Numbered from the whole stretch's first letter, positions 1-10,110 are shown. The stretch is 63,115 nt of DNA, filler included, from Octopus bimaculoides (GCF_001194135.2; 6 parts of 5 records of this genome joined end to end with filler, not necessarily neighbours in it); one strand, 5' to 3'. The notes: generated by a model not told the origin, from the sequence alone. Made by a program: numbers and translations.

Positions 1-133
1 TTTTCTTTTTTTTTCTTTCTGTAAAAATGTAATCCGTAAGATTTATGGAAAATAAAATGATTTGATAATCCTAATTTTAGTCTGCGAAATTGTTAGCGCG
101 TCGGACAAAATGCTTGGCAGGATTTCTTCCTGT

Positions 134-368
134 AAGGCGGCGAGCTGGCAGAATCGTTAGCACGCCGGGCGAAATGCTTAGCGGTATTTCGTCTGCCGCT
201 ACGTTCTGAGTTCAAATTCCGCCGAGGTCGACTTTGCCTTTCATCCTTTCGGGGTCGATAAATAAAGTACCAGTTACGCACTGGGGTCGATGTAATCGAC
301 TTAATCCCTTTGTCTATCCTTGCTTGTCTCCTCTATGTTTAGCCCCTTGTGGGCAATAAAGAAATAAG
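134..368 (+). mobile_element. tRNA-derived SINE
   Basis: Pol III A-box-like GGCAGAATCGTTAG and B-box GAGTTCAAATTCC (208-220). Body GTCGACTTTGCCTTTCATCCTTTCGGGGTCGAT recurs at ~15940-16068, ~23340-23465, ~26850-26975 and ~37515-37660. Confidence 0.85.
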
Positions 369-732
369 GATTTCTTCCAGTTATAAGTTCCAATCCCGCC
401 CATATAACACTCTGCCGTTTTTCCTTTCTGGCCAATGGAATAAAGAACGCGTCAAGTACAGGGGCCGATGTAATTGACTTGCCCCGATGTAATGTTATGC
501 GTACTTCAAGGTTTGTGCTTGGGCATCTGTCATGTGTGAATAGACAATATTTGCATATCGCCTGAGGAAACACAACTAGATCTCATAATGCAGGGAAGCG
601 GTTGCCTTAATCAAGTACCTGCACACCTGGAGAACTACGGTGCGTGGAAAGAATTGTAGAGATTAAAAAACAAATGTCCAACTGTACTCCGTCTTGCTGA
701 CTTCAATTTTTTCAATTATTTATATATATATA

Positions 733-900
733 GAGCAATACATAAGCCAAACCCAAAACAGTCTATGTCAAAGGATGGCTCTGCACAGATCCCAGATCAA
801 AATTCCGATAAACAGAAAAATAGTATTCAGCGAACACATCGACATTTGCGCCAATAACAAATAACCCAGCTTCAGAATTTCCCCCCTCAACAACCTGTAG
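733..900 (+). mobile_element. Penelope-like element, degenerate GIY-YIG endonuclease fragment
   Basis: Hand translation EQYISQTQNSLCQRMALHRSQIKIPINRKIVFSEHIDICANNK*PSFRISPL resembles the YIG..T...L..RM..HR / SEH region of PLE endonucleases. Contains stops. Confidence 0.55.
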
Positions 901-1664
901 TCGGTGCATTAATAAAGAGTCATTCTTTATCACAAAATATAAACCCCTTTTTTCAATGCATCCACCACAAATGACACTATCCCCAGATCCTTAGAATAAC
1001 ACTCACGCAAATATTAAAAACGATATATTCAAAACAGTCACTTCAGATAAATTTATTCAGAACAATTCCGATCACTATTATACCAGTCACAAAGGGTCAC
1101 CTTGACCATTTAAGAGGATTCCGCCAACATCTTGCTACTGTCATACCACTCCTGCATTTTTACTTATCATCATCTTCTTCGTCGTCGTCGTCATCATCAT
1201 CTTCTTCTTCACCACCTCTTTTCTCTACTTTTACTGCTGCTTAAACAATCAAAGACAAGAATTCATACTAAATTAGCTGCTGCTGACCACCTAGAGCTCA
1301 CAAGAGTGAAAAAGAGAGACAGAGACAGGCAGAAAAAAAAAGAAAATGTCTCTAGCATTTGAAAACTATGGAAATATTTTTTTAAAAACATTTCATTTAT
1401 TATGTATGTATGTATATATATATATATATGTATATACAAAAGTAAATGAGTATATGCATATANNNNNNNNNNNNNNNNNNNNNNNNNNNNNNNNNNNNNN
1501 NNNNNNNNNNNNNNNNNNNNNNNNNNNNNNNNNNNNNNNNNNNNNNNNNNNNNNNNNNNNNNGTATGAGATAGATGTTGAAGAGAGGTAACGTGTGTAGG
1601 CATAAACACACACATAAACATACATACGTTGAATTGTAAACCACATAAGGTAGAAAAGTGATGT

Positions 1665-1905
1665 GAAGTTAATACAAATAATACATAGTTTGGATTTAAA
1701 TGTCAGCTGAAAAGCCAGGGAAGCTAATTACTCAATATTTGATAATTAAAATGTTTCAGCTGTCCTGAAAAGTGAAGAAAAACCAATTAACGATGTGACA
1801 TAGTTTGTGATGAAAATAGAATAGTTAATCATCCAGGTGACGGAACACCGACCCTGATGTGTGATATCCGTTGCTTTTAGTTATCTATAAACATTAAACA
1901 TTCTG
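1665..1905 (-). promoter_or_regulatory. Conserved ZNF upstream module, copy i (intron-side half)
   Basis: Homologous to 9605-9820, 15100-15270 and 26980-27210. Contains CCAATTAACG at 1783-1792 followed by TAGTTTGTGATGAAAAT. Confidence 0.6.
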
Positions 1906-2002
1906 ATTACTCTGCCAAATGTAATGCTAATTTATTCACATTGTTTTGAATTAAATACACATTATCGACTGGCACAGGTGCTGCAAAAAACGGAAGAACC
2001 TT

Positions 2003-2375
2003 CCCTGGAAGTCTGTCAGTCGAGAGCTCTACTGTGATGCTTTGAAGCATTTGAGGTTGGATATATGAAGCGCGAAGAATTGAATTCTTCATTACGACAA
2101 TGCATCCTGTCACCAAGCTCTCCTCACTCATGAAGTTCTCGCGAAAAACATGGTGTTGCTTCTGCACCTACCCTATTCGCCAGATTTAGCACATGCGGAC
2201 ATCCATCTCTTTATCAAGATGGAAATGCAGCTCAAAGGTCGTCGTTTTAATTTTGTTGCCGAGATCCAGAGTCCTTGACTAGCTTACGGAAAACGACTTC
2301 CAGGCCAGATTCCAAAAGTGGTTCGAGTACTGGGACCGGTGCATTGCTTAACAAGGTTGCTATTTAAAACGAGTT
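2003..2375 (+). mobile_element. Mariner transposase remnant (C-terminal DDD region)
   Basis: Frame from 2003 reads PWKSVSRELYCDALKHLRLDI*SAKN*ILHYDNASCH...HLPYSPDLAHADIHLF..LKGRRF. PYSPDLA is at 2171-2191. Followed by a FQKWFEYWDRCIA-like tail. Confidence 0.85.
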
Positions 2376-2403
2376 TTTTTTTAAACTCAGGTAAACATGT
2401 GAT

Positions 2404-2560
2404 AAGCTTCTCTCAGTTTCCGTCAATCAAATCCAATCACAGGGCATTGGTCGGCTCAGAACATTAGTAGAAGACACTTACAAAAGGTAACACGTAGTGG
2501 GACTGTACGCAGAACTATGTGGTTGGAAAGCAAGCTTTTTACCACACAACCAATGTCAGC
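2404..2560 (-). mobile_element. SINE fragment (tRNA-head family)
   Basis: CTTCT..CAGTTTCCGTC...AAATCCA.TCAC...GAAGACACTT motif shared with 16500-16730, 21447-21590 and 59490-59531. Confidence 0.7.
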
Positions 2561-2775
2561 GCGTACGTGTGCAGCTGCGTTTTTAGCCTGTCTGGGGAGG
2601 GGAAATGCCTATGGTCAGATATACGTAGTTCGAAATACTGAGTGAACGGAGTGTTTTTCATGTGGTACAAGTCTTTAATATCTTATGATTTAAAGAAGAT
2701 AAAAAGCTAAACTCCTAGTCTACACCCATCCAAATGAGAAAAGAAAAGCCATAAATTAGTCATTACGAAGGCAAC

Positions 2776-3100
2776 CGAATGAAAAAGAAAAGCTAAATTC
2801 CAAGACAAATGTGACATGAGTAGGATATAATTAAACTACCTGAAACTTACCAAGCTGGCCGTGTCGTTGAAAAATTTTCTCTGGCTTCAATAATTCTGGT
2901 TATATGAGTAAAATGTCCCTACCACGATTTAATACTACGAGAAACACATTCTATAATATCGATTTCTTTTCTCATTTATATCCCAGCCGAAGGTAAATCA
3001 AAGAAACGTCAACAAACAAAAGACTTATTGCGGGTAAAAGTGACATTAAACGGTGTTCATTCAAATTAGGAACAACAATAATGGTGAATACAAAAGTTAA
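2776..3100 (-). promoter_or_regulatory. Conserved ZNF upstream module, copy i (putative non-coding exon 1/promoter half)
   Basis: Near-identical to 6195-6520 and more distantly homologous to 9830-10110, 15285-15535 and 27225-27365. Minus-strand donor-like sites CAG|GTAGT (2838-2839) and G|GTAAGT (2849-2850). AAATGTCCCTA at 2911-2921. Confidence 0.55.
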
Positions 3101-3537
3101 CTTGGCTTGCCTGAAAAGAAATCAATTCTTCATAATTCATAAAATGGGCATTCACCACTAGATTTTCGTTTATATATATATATTTTGTATATGTTTAATT
3201 TTTGATATACTGATTGTGAAAAGAGAATTATGTCTCCCATCCTTTCCACTTATGACAATATCGCGCCTTTTAAAATAAAATACATTTCCTACGATGCTGG
3301 CACAGTATTCTCCTTAATTGCACACTTAATTACAAAATACAGAAATCAAGTGGAACAATTCAAATGGAGTTATCTCCCGTCACCTAACAGTGAAAGATTA
3401 TTTTATCATAAAAGAAAAAAACATTTTTTGCTTTTCAAAAAGCTAACTTTATTTGGTTCTTCGTTTGGTAATTACGAGCAATATCACTCCTTGATATCAT
3501 CCATGTTTCCAAAATTCCAAGAGAAGGATTTCTCAGG

Positions 3538-4596
3538 TCACTCATTATTCAAAGTCTTTACAGTGTGTGTTCGTTTGTGTTTAGTCAATGAACTTTTACA
3601 GAAAAATGATTTCCCACATATATCACAATGATAAGGCTTCTCACCAGTGTGTCTCCGTTTGTGTGTATTCAAGTCACCTTTACACACAAATGATTTCTCA
3701 CACATTTCACAACGATAGGGCTTTTCTCCTGTGTGACTACGGATGTGAGCAATAAGACCACAATTATCGAAGAAGGATTTCCCACAAATTTCACAGTGAA
3801 ATGTTTTTTCTCCTACATGTTTTCTCCTATGCCTTTTCAATTCACTATTACTGAAGTAAGATTTCCCACAGAATTCACAATGGAATTCCTTTTTCCCAAT
3901 GTGTTGGAGTTTGTGTCTTTTTAAATTAGTATTAGAGAAGAAAGATTTGCCACATAGATCACAAAAGAAAGGTTTCTCACCAGTGTGTACTCTTTTGTGA
4001 GCAACAAGTCGAAAATTATTCAGAAAAGCTTTCCCACAGATTTCACAGTGGAATGGTTTTTCTCCAGTGTGTGTTCTTTTGTGAACAACAAGTTGAGAAT
4101 AGTCCAAAAAAAATTTCCCACATATTTCGCATTTAAATTCTTTTTTCCCAGAATGGATCTTTTTGTGCTTTATTAAACTACAGTTAGTGAAGAAATATTT
4201 ATCACATATTTCACAATGGAATGGTTTTTCTCCAGTGTGAGTACGGATATGGTAAACAAGTTGATAGTTCCGAGTAAACGGCTTTCCGCATATTTTACAG
4301 TGAAAATTTTTTTTTCTGTTGTGTGTTTGTTTGTGAGCATTTAAAGAACTATTATCAACAAATGTTTTTCCACATATTTCACAGTGAAATGTTTTTTTCC
4401 CAGAGTGTAATCTTACGTGTCTGTTTAAATTACTGGAATTTACAAAAGATTCACCATAAATTTCAGATTTAATATTTCTCTCTAACATTTTCTTACCATG
4501 TGATAATGATTCTTCAGCACTGGATATCTGTTTAACTGAATCTAAATTGTCAGAAACATCTGTGTTAGAAGTGTCTGACAGATTACCATCCTCCAT
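3538..4596 (-). CDS. C2H2 zinc-finger protein ZNF-A (10 intact fingers plus 1 degenerate)
   Basis: Uninterrupted ORF with TGEKP-linked CxxC..HxxxH repeats. ATG at 4596 (MEDGNLSD) matches the paralog starts. First finger has lost both Cys (KSEIYGES). Confidence 0.92.
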   Translation of the reverse strand: MEDGNLSDTSNTDVSDNLDSVKQISSAEESLSHGKKMLERNIKSEIYGESFVNSSNLNRHVRLHSGKKTFHCEICGKTFVDNSSLNAHKQTHNRKKNFHCKICGKPFTRNYQLVYHIRTHTGEKPFHCEICDKYFFTNCSLIKHKKIHSGKKEFKCEICGKFFLDYSQLVVHKRTHTGEKPFHCEICGKAFLNNFRLVAHKRVHTGEKPFFCDLCGKSFFSNTNLKRHKLQHIGKKEFHCEFCGKSYFSNSELKRHRRKHVGEKTFHCEICGKSFFDNCGLIAHIRSHTGEKPYRCEMCEKSFVCKGDLNTHKRRHTGEKPYHCDICGKSFFCKSSLTKHKRTHTVKTLNNE

Positions 4597-4951
4597 ATTA
4601 ACTCTGGAGAAATTCTTAAAAAACAATGTCTGTGGTTGTAATCAATTATGATTTAGTTTCTCATGATATCCAAACCATGAGACTCTGTTTATATGTGCAT
4701 GAAACATGCTAAGTAAATATCTTCTCTCTATAATACTTAGAATGTTTGTTGCTGGTTGGGAAGGACATCTCCAAGTGGTACGCATATTGTAGATAAAAAG
4801 ACTTCTATGTCTATATTAATAATTGTGGATGGAGTTAATAAAAATTATGTAGGCTACAAACATATAAAAATCCATAAATGACTGTTTGTAGGTATTCTGG
4901 TAGCGTCAGAACTTCTGTGTATGACAGGTTGTGATGGAACATTCAGCACAA

Positions 4952-4972
4952 CTGTAAAAGAAGAAAATATAT
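4952..4972 (-). promoter_or_regulatory. Conserved 3' splice acceptor upstream of ZNF-A
   Basis: Minus strand TATTTTCTTCTTTTACAG|TTGTGC. Equivalent sites at 8974 (B), 14467 (C), 26645 (E) and 29016 (+, F). Confidence 0.7.
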
Positions 4973-5364
4973 AATTACATAAGATTATGTTGGATAAACG
5001 AGACGTGCGTGTTTGTGTGTGATGAAGTCCAAGGAAATCACATTTGACCACACATGCAGCATAAAAGTTTAAAATACATCTTGTGGTAGTAATACAGATT
5101 CTGTTAAATTTATTCCAACCACTTTTCAAATTTTCACTCGATTATTTCCAAAACGTCATTCTGATGCAGTTTTACAAGCTGATGATGAAAACTGCATTCA
5201 TTTTCTCTGGAAGTTTATAACAAAATAGTTACAAGCATTTAAAATTACGTAATTTTAGCCAATTGGTAAACTATTAGTGCCAGACATACCAGAAAAGGTG
5301 ACTGCTGGTCCCCATTCTTTTATTTTTTTTACTCGCTTCATTCATTTAACTGTGACCACTATAG

Positions 5365-5665
5365 CTACCATTTTCAAAAGTACACAAGATCCTACAGAAG
5401 AACCTGCGATTGTACACTTACAAAGTGCAACGCCTCCAGGCAAATGATAAGCCATTGATGAGGCTCCGCTACAGCGAACATGGCAAGATATCAAGTACCG
5501 TCTTGATGTCCTTCATACGACTAATGGTGCCCATACAGTGGTGTATCAAATGAGGTAAAAACTTAGAGAACTACTGAGTACAACAGAATAAGTCTGATTA
5601 AGTTATCTTGTCGTCTTTGTAATAGATTTTTTCTTAGATTGTAAAAAGACTATGGACACCCTGTA
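5365..5665 (+). mobile_element. Internally deleted IS630-Tc1-mariner element (maT/rosa-like)
   Basis: KILQKNLRLYTYKVQRLQANDKP is joined directly to the C-terminal IDEAPLQRTWQDIKYRLDVLHTTNGAH. Ends in right TIR GGACACCCTG+TA (5654-5665). Confidence 0.7.
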
Positions 5666-5680
5666 TATTATCTTATATAT

Positions 5681-6122
5681 TCATCATCATCATCATCATC
5701 ATCGTTTAACGTCCGCTTTCCATGCTAGCATGGGTTGGACGATTTGACTGAGGACTGGTGAAACCGGATGGCAACACCAGGTGCCAATCTAAATTTGGCA
5801 GAGTTTCTACAGCTGGATGCCCTTCCTAACGCCAACCACTCAGAGAGTGTAGTAGGTGCTTTTACGTGTCACCCGCACGAAGGCCAGTCAGGCGATACTG
5901 GCAACGGCCACGCTCGAAATGGTGTCTTTTATGTGCCACACGCACAAGAGCCAGTCCAGGGGCACTGGCAACGATCTCGCTCGAAAATCCTACGAAGGCC
6001 TGTCAGGCGGTACTGGCAACGGCCACGCTCAAAATGGTGCATCTTATGTGCCACCCGCACAAGAGCCAGTCCAGGGGCACTGGCAACGATCTCACTTGGC
6101 TTGCCGGGTCTTCTCACGCACT
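5681..6122 (-). mobile_element. SINE/LINE-tail repeat with (GAT)n tail and internal 115-bp tandem repeat
   Basis: (CAT)n then CGTTTAACGTCCGCTTTCCATGCTAGCATGGG...GGATGCCCTTCCTAACGCCAACCAC. Related copy at ~20610-20830. Tandem units start at 5877 and 5992. Confidence 0.75.
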
Positions 6123-6194
6123 ATATATTATAAGGTTGTAAATAAAATGTGAAAATCAGACAAAGGTGGAATTTCTTTGAGTTATATATATATT

Positions 6195-6560
6195 CGAATG
6201 AAAAAGAACTGCTAATTTCCTGAAATTTGGCTTTAAAAACAAGACAAATGTGACATGAGTAGGATATAATTAAACCACATGAAACTTACCAAGCTGGCGT
6301 GTCGTTGATAAATCTTCCTTAGCTTCAATTATTCTGGTTATATGAGTTAAATGTCCCTACCACGATTTAATACTACGAGAAACACATTCTATAATATCGA
6401 TTTCTTTTCTCATTTATATCCCAGCCGAAGGTAAATCAAAGAAACGTCAACAAACAAAAGACTTATTGCGGGTAAAAGTGACATCAATCGGTGTTCATTC
6501 AAATTAGGAACAGCAATAATGGTGAATACAAAAGTTGACTTGGCTTGCCTGAAAAGAAAT
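6195..6560 (-). promoter_or_regulatory. Conserved ZNF upstream module, copy ii (putative exon 1/promoter of ZNF-A)
   Basis: Near-identical to 2776-3120. Donor-like G|GTAAGT at 6288-6289. AAATGTCCCTA at 6349-6359. Confidence 0.55.
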
Positions 6561-7180
6561 CTATTCTTCACATTTGATAAACAGGGCATTCACCACTAGA
6601 TTTTTGTTTATATATATATTTCTTTGTATGTGTTAAATTTTTTTATATACTGGTTGTGAAAAGAGAATTATGTCTCTCACACCTTCCACTTATTACTATA
6701 TCGCGCCTTTTAAGGATAAAATACATTTCCTACAACGCTTAAAATATCTGGCACAGTATTCTCCTTAATTGCACACTTAATTACAAAACACAGAAATCAA
6801 GTGGAACAATTCAAATGGAGTTATCTCCCGTTAAATGACAGAGAAAGATTATTTTTTAATAAAAGAAAAAACAGTTTTTGGCTTTTCAAAAAGCTAACTT
6901 TATTTGGTTCTTCGTTTGGTAATAACGAGCAATATCACTCCTTGATATCATCCATGTTTCCAAAATTCGGAACAGTTTCATATAATCCTGCTGTCTGCAT
7001 CACCATATTTTCTAAAGTTTTGTTGGTGGTTCATAGTGCGTATCTCTACCTCTCTGTATTTTACGTACATCATTTATTAATCTCCGTAGACTTGGATATT
7101 GAATACTAAATTTTAAAAAAATGATTTCCTATATATTTCACCACAACAAATGTACTCCTATATATATATATATATAAATA

Positions 7181-7400
7181 TATGAGGGGGAGCTGAAAAG
7201 CTCCCGACTCTGGATAGAAGAAAACACAAGATCAGTTAATTACGATTTTATTGTATATATTCCCCTCTCAGATTCACACACTTATTGCAGCAGTTCTTCA
7301 GTTTTTCTAAGCCCTGTAAAAGAACTTGCAAAGCTGGGCCTTCGACTAAGGCCTTTCATGATACCCTTAAAGCTAGGAACCTTTCAGCATACACATGTGT
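7181..7400. mobile_element. Mariner-type MITE (degenerate TIRs)
   Basis: Left end TATGAGGGGGAGCTGAAAAG and right end GGAACCTTTCAGCA. Internal sequence matches 50557-50707. Confidence 0.6.
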
Positions 7401-7472
7401 ATGTATATAAACGCACACACACACACAAACAGGTAAACTGAGTTCACATTTACAACAGATAGATTTCTCAGG

Positions 7473-8618
7473 TCACTCATTATTCATAGACTTCTCTAGA
7501 GAGTGTGTTCGTTTGTGTTTAGTCATGTCACTTTTACAGAAAAATGATTTCCCACATATATCACAATGATAAGGCTTCTCACCAGTGTGTCTCCGTTTGT
7601 GTGTATTCAAGTCACCTTTACACACAAATGATTTCTCACACATTTCACAACGATAAGGCTTTTCTCCTGTGTGACTACGGATGTGAACAATAAGACCACA
7701 ATTATCGAAGAAGGATTTCCCACAAATTTCACAGTGAAATGTTTTTTCTCCTACATGTTTTCTCCTATGCCTTTTCAATTCACTATTATTGAAGTAAGAT
7801 TTCCCACAGAATTCACAATGGAATTCTTTTTTCCCAATATGTTGTAGTTTATGTCTTTTTAAATTACTGCCACAAAAGAAAGATTTCCCACATAGATCAC
7901 AAAAGAAGGGTTTCTCACCAGTGTGTACTCTTTTGTGAGCAACAAGTCGAAAATTATTCAAAAAAGATTTTCCACAGATTTCACAGTGGAATGGTTTTTC
8001 TCCAGTGTGTGTTCTTTTGTGAGCAATAAGTCGAGAATTGTCCAAAAAAGAATTCCCACAGATTTCACATTTGGATTCTTTTTTCCCAGAATGTATTATT
8101 TTGTGCTTTCTTAAAATACAGTTAGTGAAGAAATATTTGCCACATATTTCACAATGAAATGGTTTTTCTCCAGTGTGACTACGAATATGGTAAACAAGGC
8201 GACAGTTCTGAGTATACGACTTTCCACATATTTCACAGTGAAAATTTTTTTTTCTGTTGTGTGTTTGTTTGTGAGCATTTAAAGAACTATTATCAACAAA
8301 TGTTTTTCCACATATTTCACAGTGAAAGGGTTTTTCACCAGTATGACTACGTCTGTGGACAACAAGCTGATATTTATGATGCAATGATTTTCCACAAATC
8401 TCACATTGAAAGGGTTTTTCCCCAGTATGTAATCTTACGTGTCTGTTTAAATTACTGGAATTTACAAAAGATTTTCCACAAATTTCACAATTAATAGTTC
8501 TCTCAAACGGTTTCTTACCATGTGATAATGATTCTTCAGCACTGGATAGCTGTTTAACTGAATCTAAATTGTCAGAAATATCTGTGTTAGAAGTGTCTGA
8601 CAGATTACCATCCTCCAT
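7473..8618 (-). CDS. C2H2 zinc-finger protein ZNF-B (12 fingers)
   Basis: Uninterrupted ORF with 12 canonical fingers. ATG at 8618 (MEDGNLSD). Close paralog of ZNF-A. Confidence 0.93.
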   Translation of the reverse strand: MEDGNLSDTSNTDISDNLDSVKQLSSAEESLSHGKKPFERTINCEICGKSFVNSSNLNRHVRLHTGEKPFQCEICGKSLHHKYQLVVHRRSHTGEKPFHCEICGKTFVDNSSLNAHKQTHNRKKNFHCEICGKSYTQNCRLVYHIRSHTGEKPFHCEICGKYFFTNCILRKHKIIHSGKKESKCEICGNSFLDNSRLIAHKRTHTGEKPFHCEICGKSFLNNFRLVAHKRVHTGEKPFFCDLCGKSFFCGSNLKRHKLQHIGKKEFHCEFCGKSYFNNSELKRHRRKHVGEKTFHCEICGKSFFDNCGLIVHIRSHTGEKPYRCEMCEKSFVCKGDLNTHKRRHTGEKPYHCDICGKSFFCKSDMTKHKRTHSLEKSMNNE

Positions 8619-9604
8619 AATAACTCTGGAGAAATTCTTAAAAAACAATGTCTATGGTTGTAATCAATTATGATTTAGTTTCTCATGATATCCAAATTAT
8701 GAGACTCTGTTTATATGTGCATGAAACATGCTAAGTAAATATCTTCTCTCTATAATACTTAGAATGTTTGTTGTTGGTTGGGAAGGACATCTCCAAGTGG
8801 TACGCATATTGTAGATAAAAAGACTTCTATGTCTATATTAATAATTGTGGATAGAGTTAATAAAAATTATGTAGGCTACAAACATATAAAAATCCATAAA
8901 TGACTGTTTGTAGGTATTCTGGTAGCGTCAGAACTTCTGTGTATGACAAGTTGTGATGGAACATTCAGCACAACTGTAAAAGAAGAAAATATTTAATTAT
9001 ATAAGATATTTGTTGGATAAACGAAACGTGTGTGATGAAGTGTAAGGAAATGACATTTGTTCACAATCTTGTGGTTTACAATTTTGTCGTAAGAAAACGA
9101 AAAATATGTCTAATATTTATCTTATGGACACAGTAAATGTTTTAAGGATTTACATCTGTAGAGATTGACTTTAATTTAAATGTTATTAATACACTGATCA
9201 AGTTGAAAGCACTTGGATCTTCCTTCGGTGAGGAAATAATATCGGCGTTGTGACACTGTGTAGTTCCTTTCGTTTTTTTATGGTGTAGTTGAAGGAAGAT
9301 TAGTCAGTTATATCTAGCAGGTCGGGAGACCACGTAAGGTGCTCGTATGTGTTGTCCCCGTGGGGACAGACAGACAGTCATGATGACTACCGGTATGCTT
9401 AATAATATGTTGCATGTTGGGTAAGAGTATGCTTGTAACTTTTCCATTGTTTATTTCCGGAAAATCAAGTAAATAAAAAAATGAATGCGCTTTTCGTCAT
9501 CAACATGTGAACTACATGTTTTGAGAATACTCTAGTGAAAATTTGAAAAATTTTAGGTGACTAGAAAAAATTTAACGAAATCCGGCAACACAGAGAATAC
9601 GTTC

Positions 9605-10110
9605 TTTAGACTTCAAAGTTACCTGAAAACTCAAGAAAAATCAAGAAAGTTAATTACTCATTAGTTGGTGATTAAACATATTTCAGTTAAGTGAGAAACA
9701 GCCAATTAACGATGAAACGTAGTTTGTGATGAAAATAAAATATTCAACCATCCAGGTGATGGAACACCGACTTCGATACATCATATCGGTCGTATTTAGT
9801 TATCAATAAACATAAACGTTCACCTCAACAGGAGTTAATTACTACACGTAATATAATCAAATTACCTGAAATATACGAAGTTGCTTGTGTTGTTGATAAT
9901 ATTTCTTTCGCCTCAGTGACCACAACTGATAACATGACTTAAATGTCCCTAGCATGGATTAAATACTGTCAGAAAAACATTTCAGGTCGTTGGTAAATTT
10001 GACAACACATCGCTTAACAAAATAAATATTGCGAAAAGATAATATTATAGAAGGAACGGTGCGATTTAAATTGAGAACAGCAATAAAGGAGACTACAAAA
10101 GTTAACTTCG
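9605..10110 (-). promoter_or_regulatory. Conserved ZNF upstream module, copy iii (ZNF-B)
   Basis: CCAATTAACG 9702-9711, donor-like CAG|GTAAT 9864-9865, AAATGTCCCTA 9941-9951. Confidence 0.6.

Noticed and set aside
5768-6152. Overlapping ORFs 5768..6133, 5856..6152 and 5866..6141
   Set aside because: They lie inside a GC-rich SINE-like repeat with tandem units and have no protein motif.
3230-7109. Similar ORFs 3230..3631(+) and 6801..7109(+) (EQFKWSYLP...)
   Set aside because: The similarity comes from the duplicated 3' flank of ZNF-A/B. The copies differ by frame-breaking indels and no domain is recognisable.
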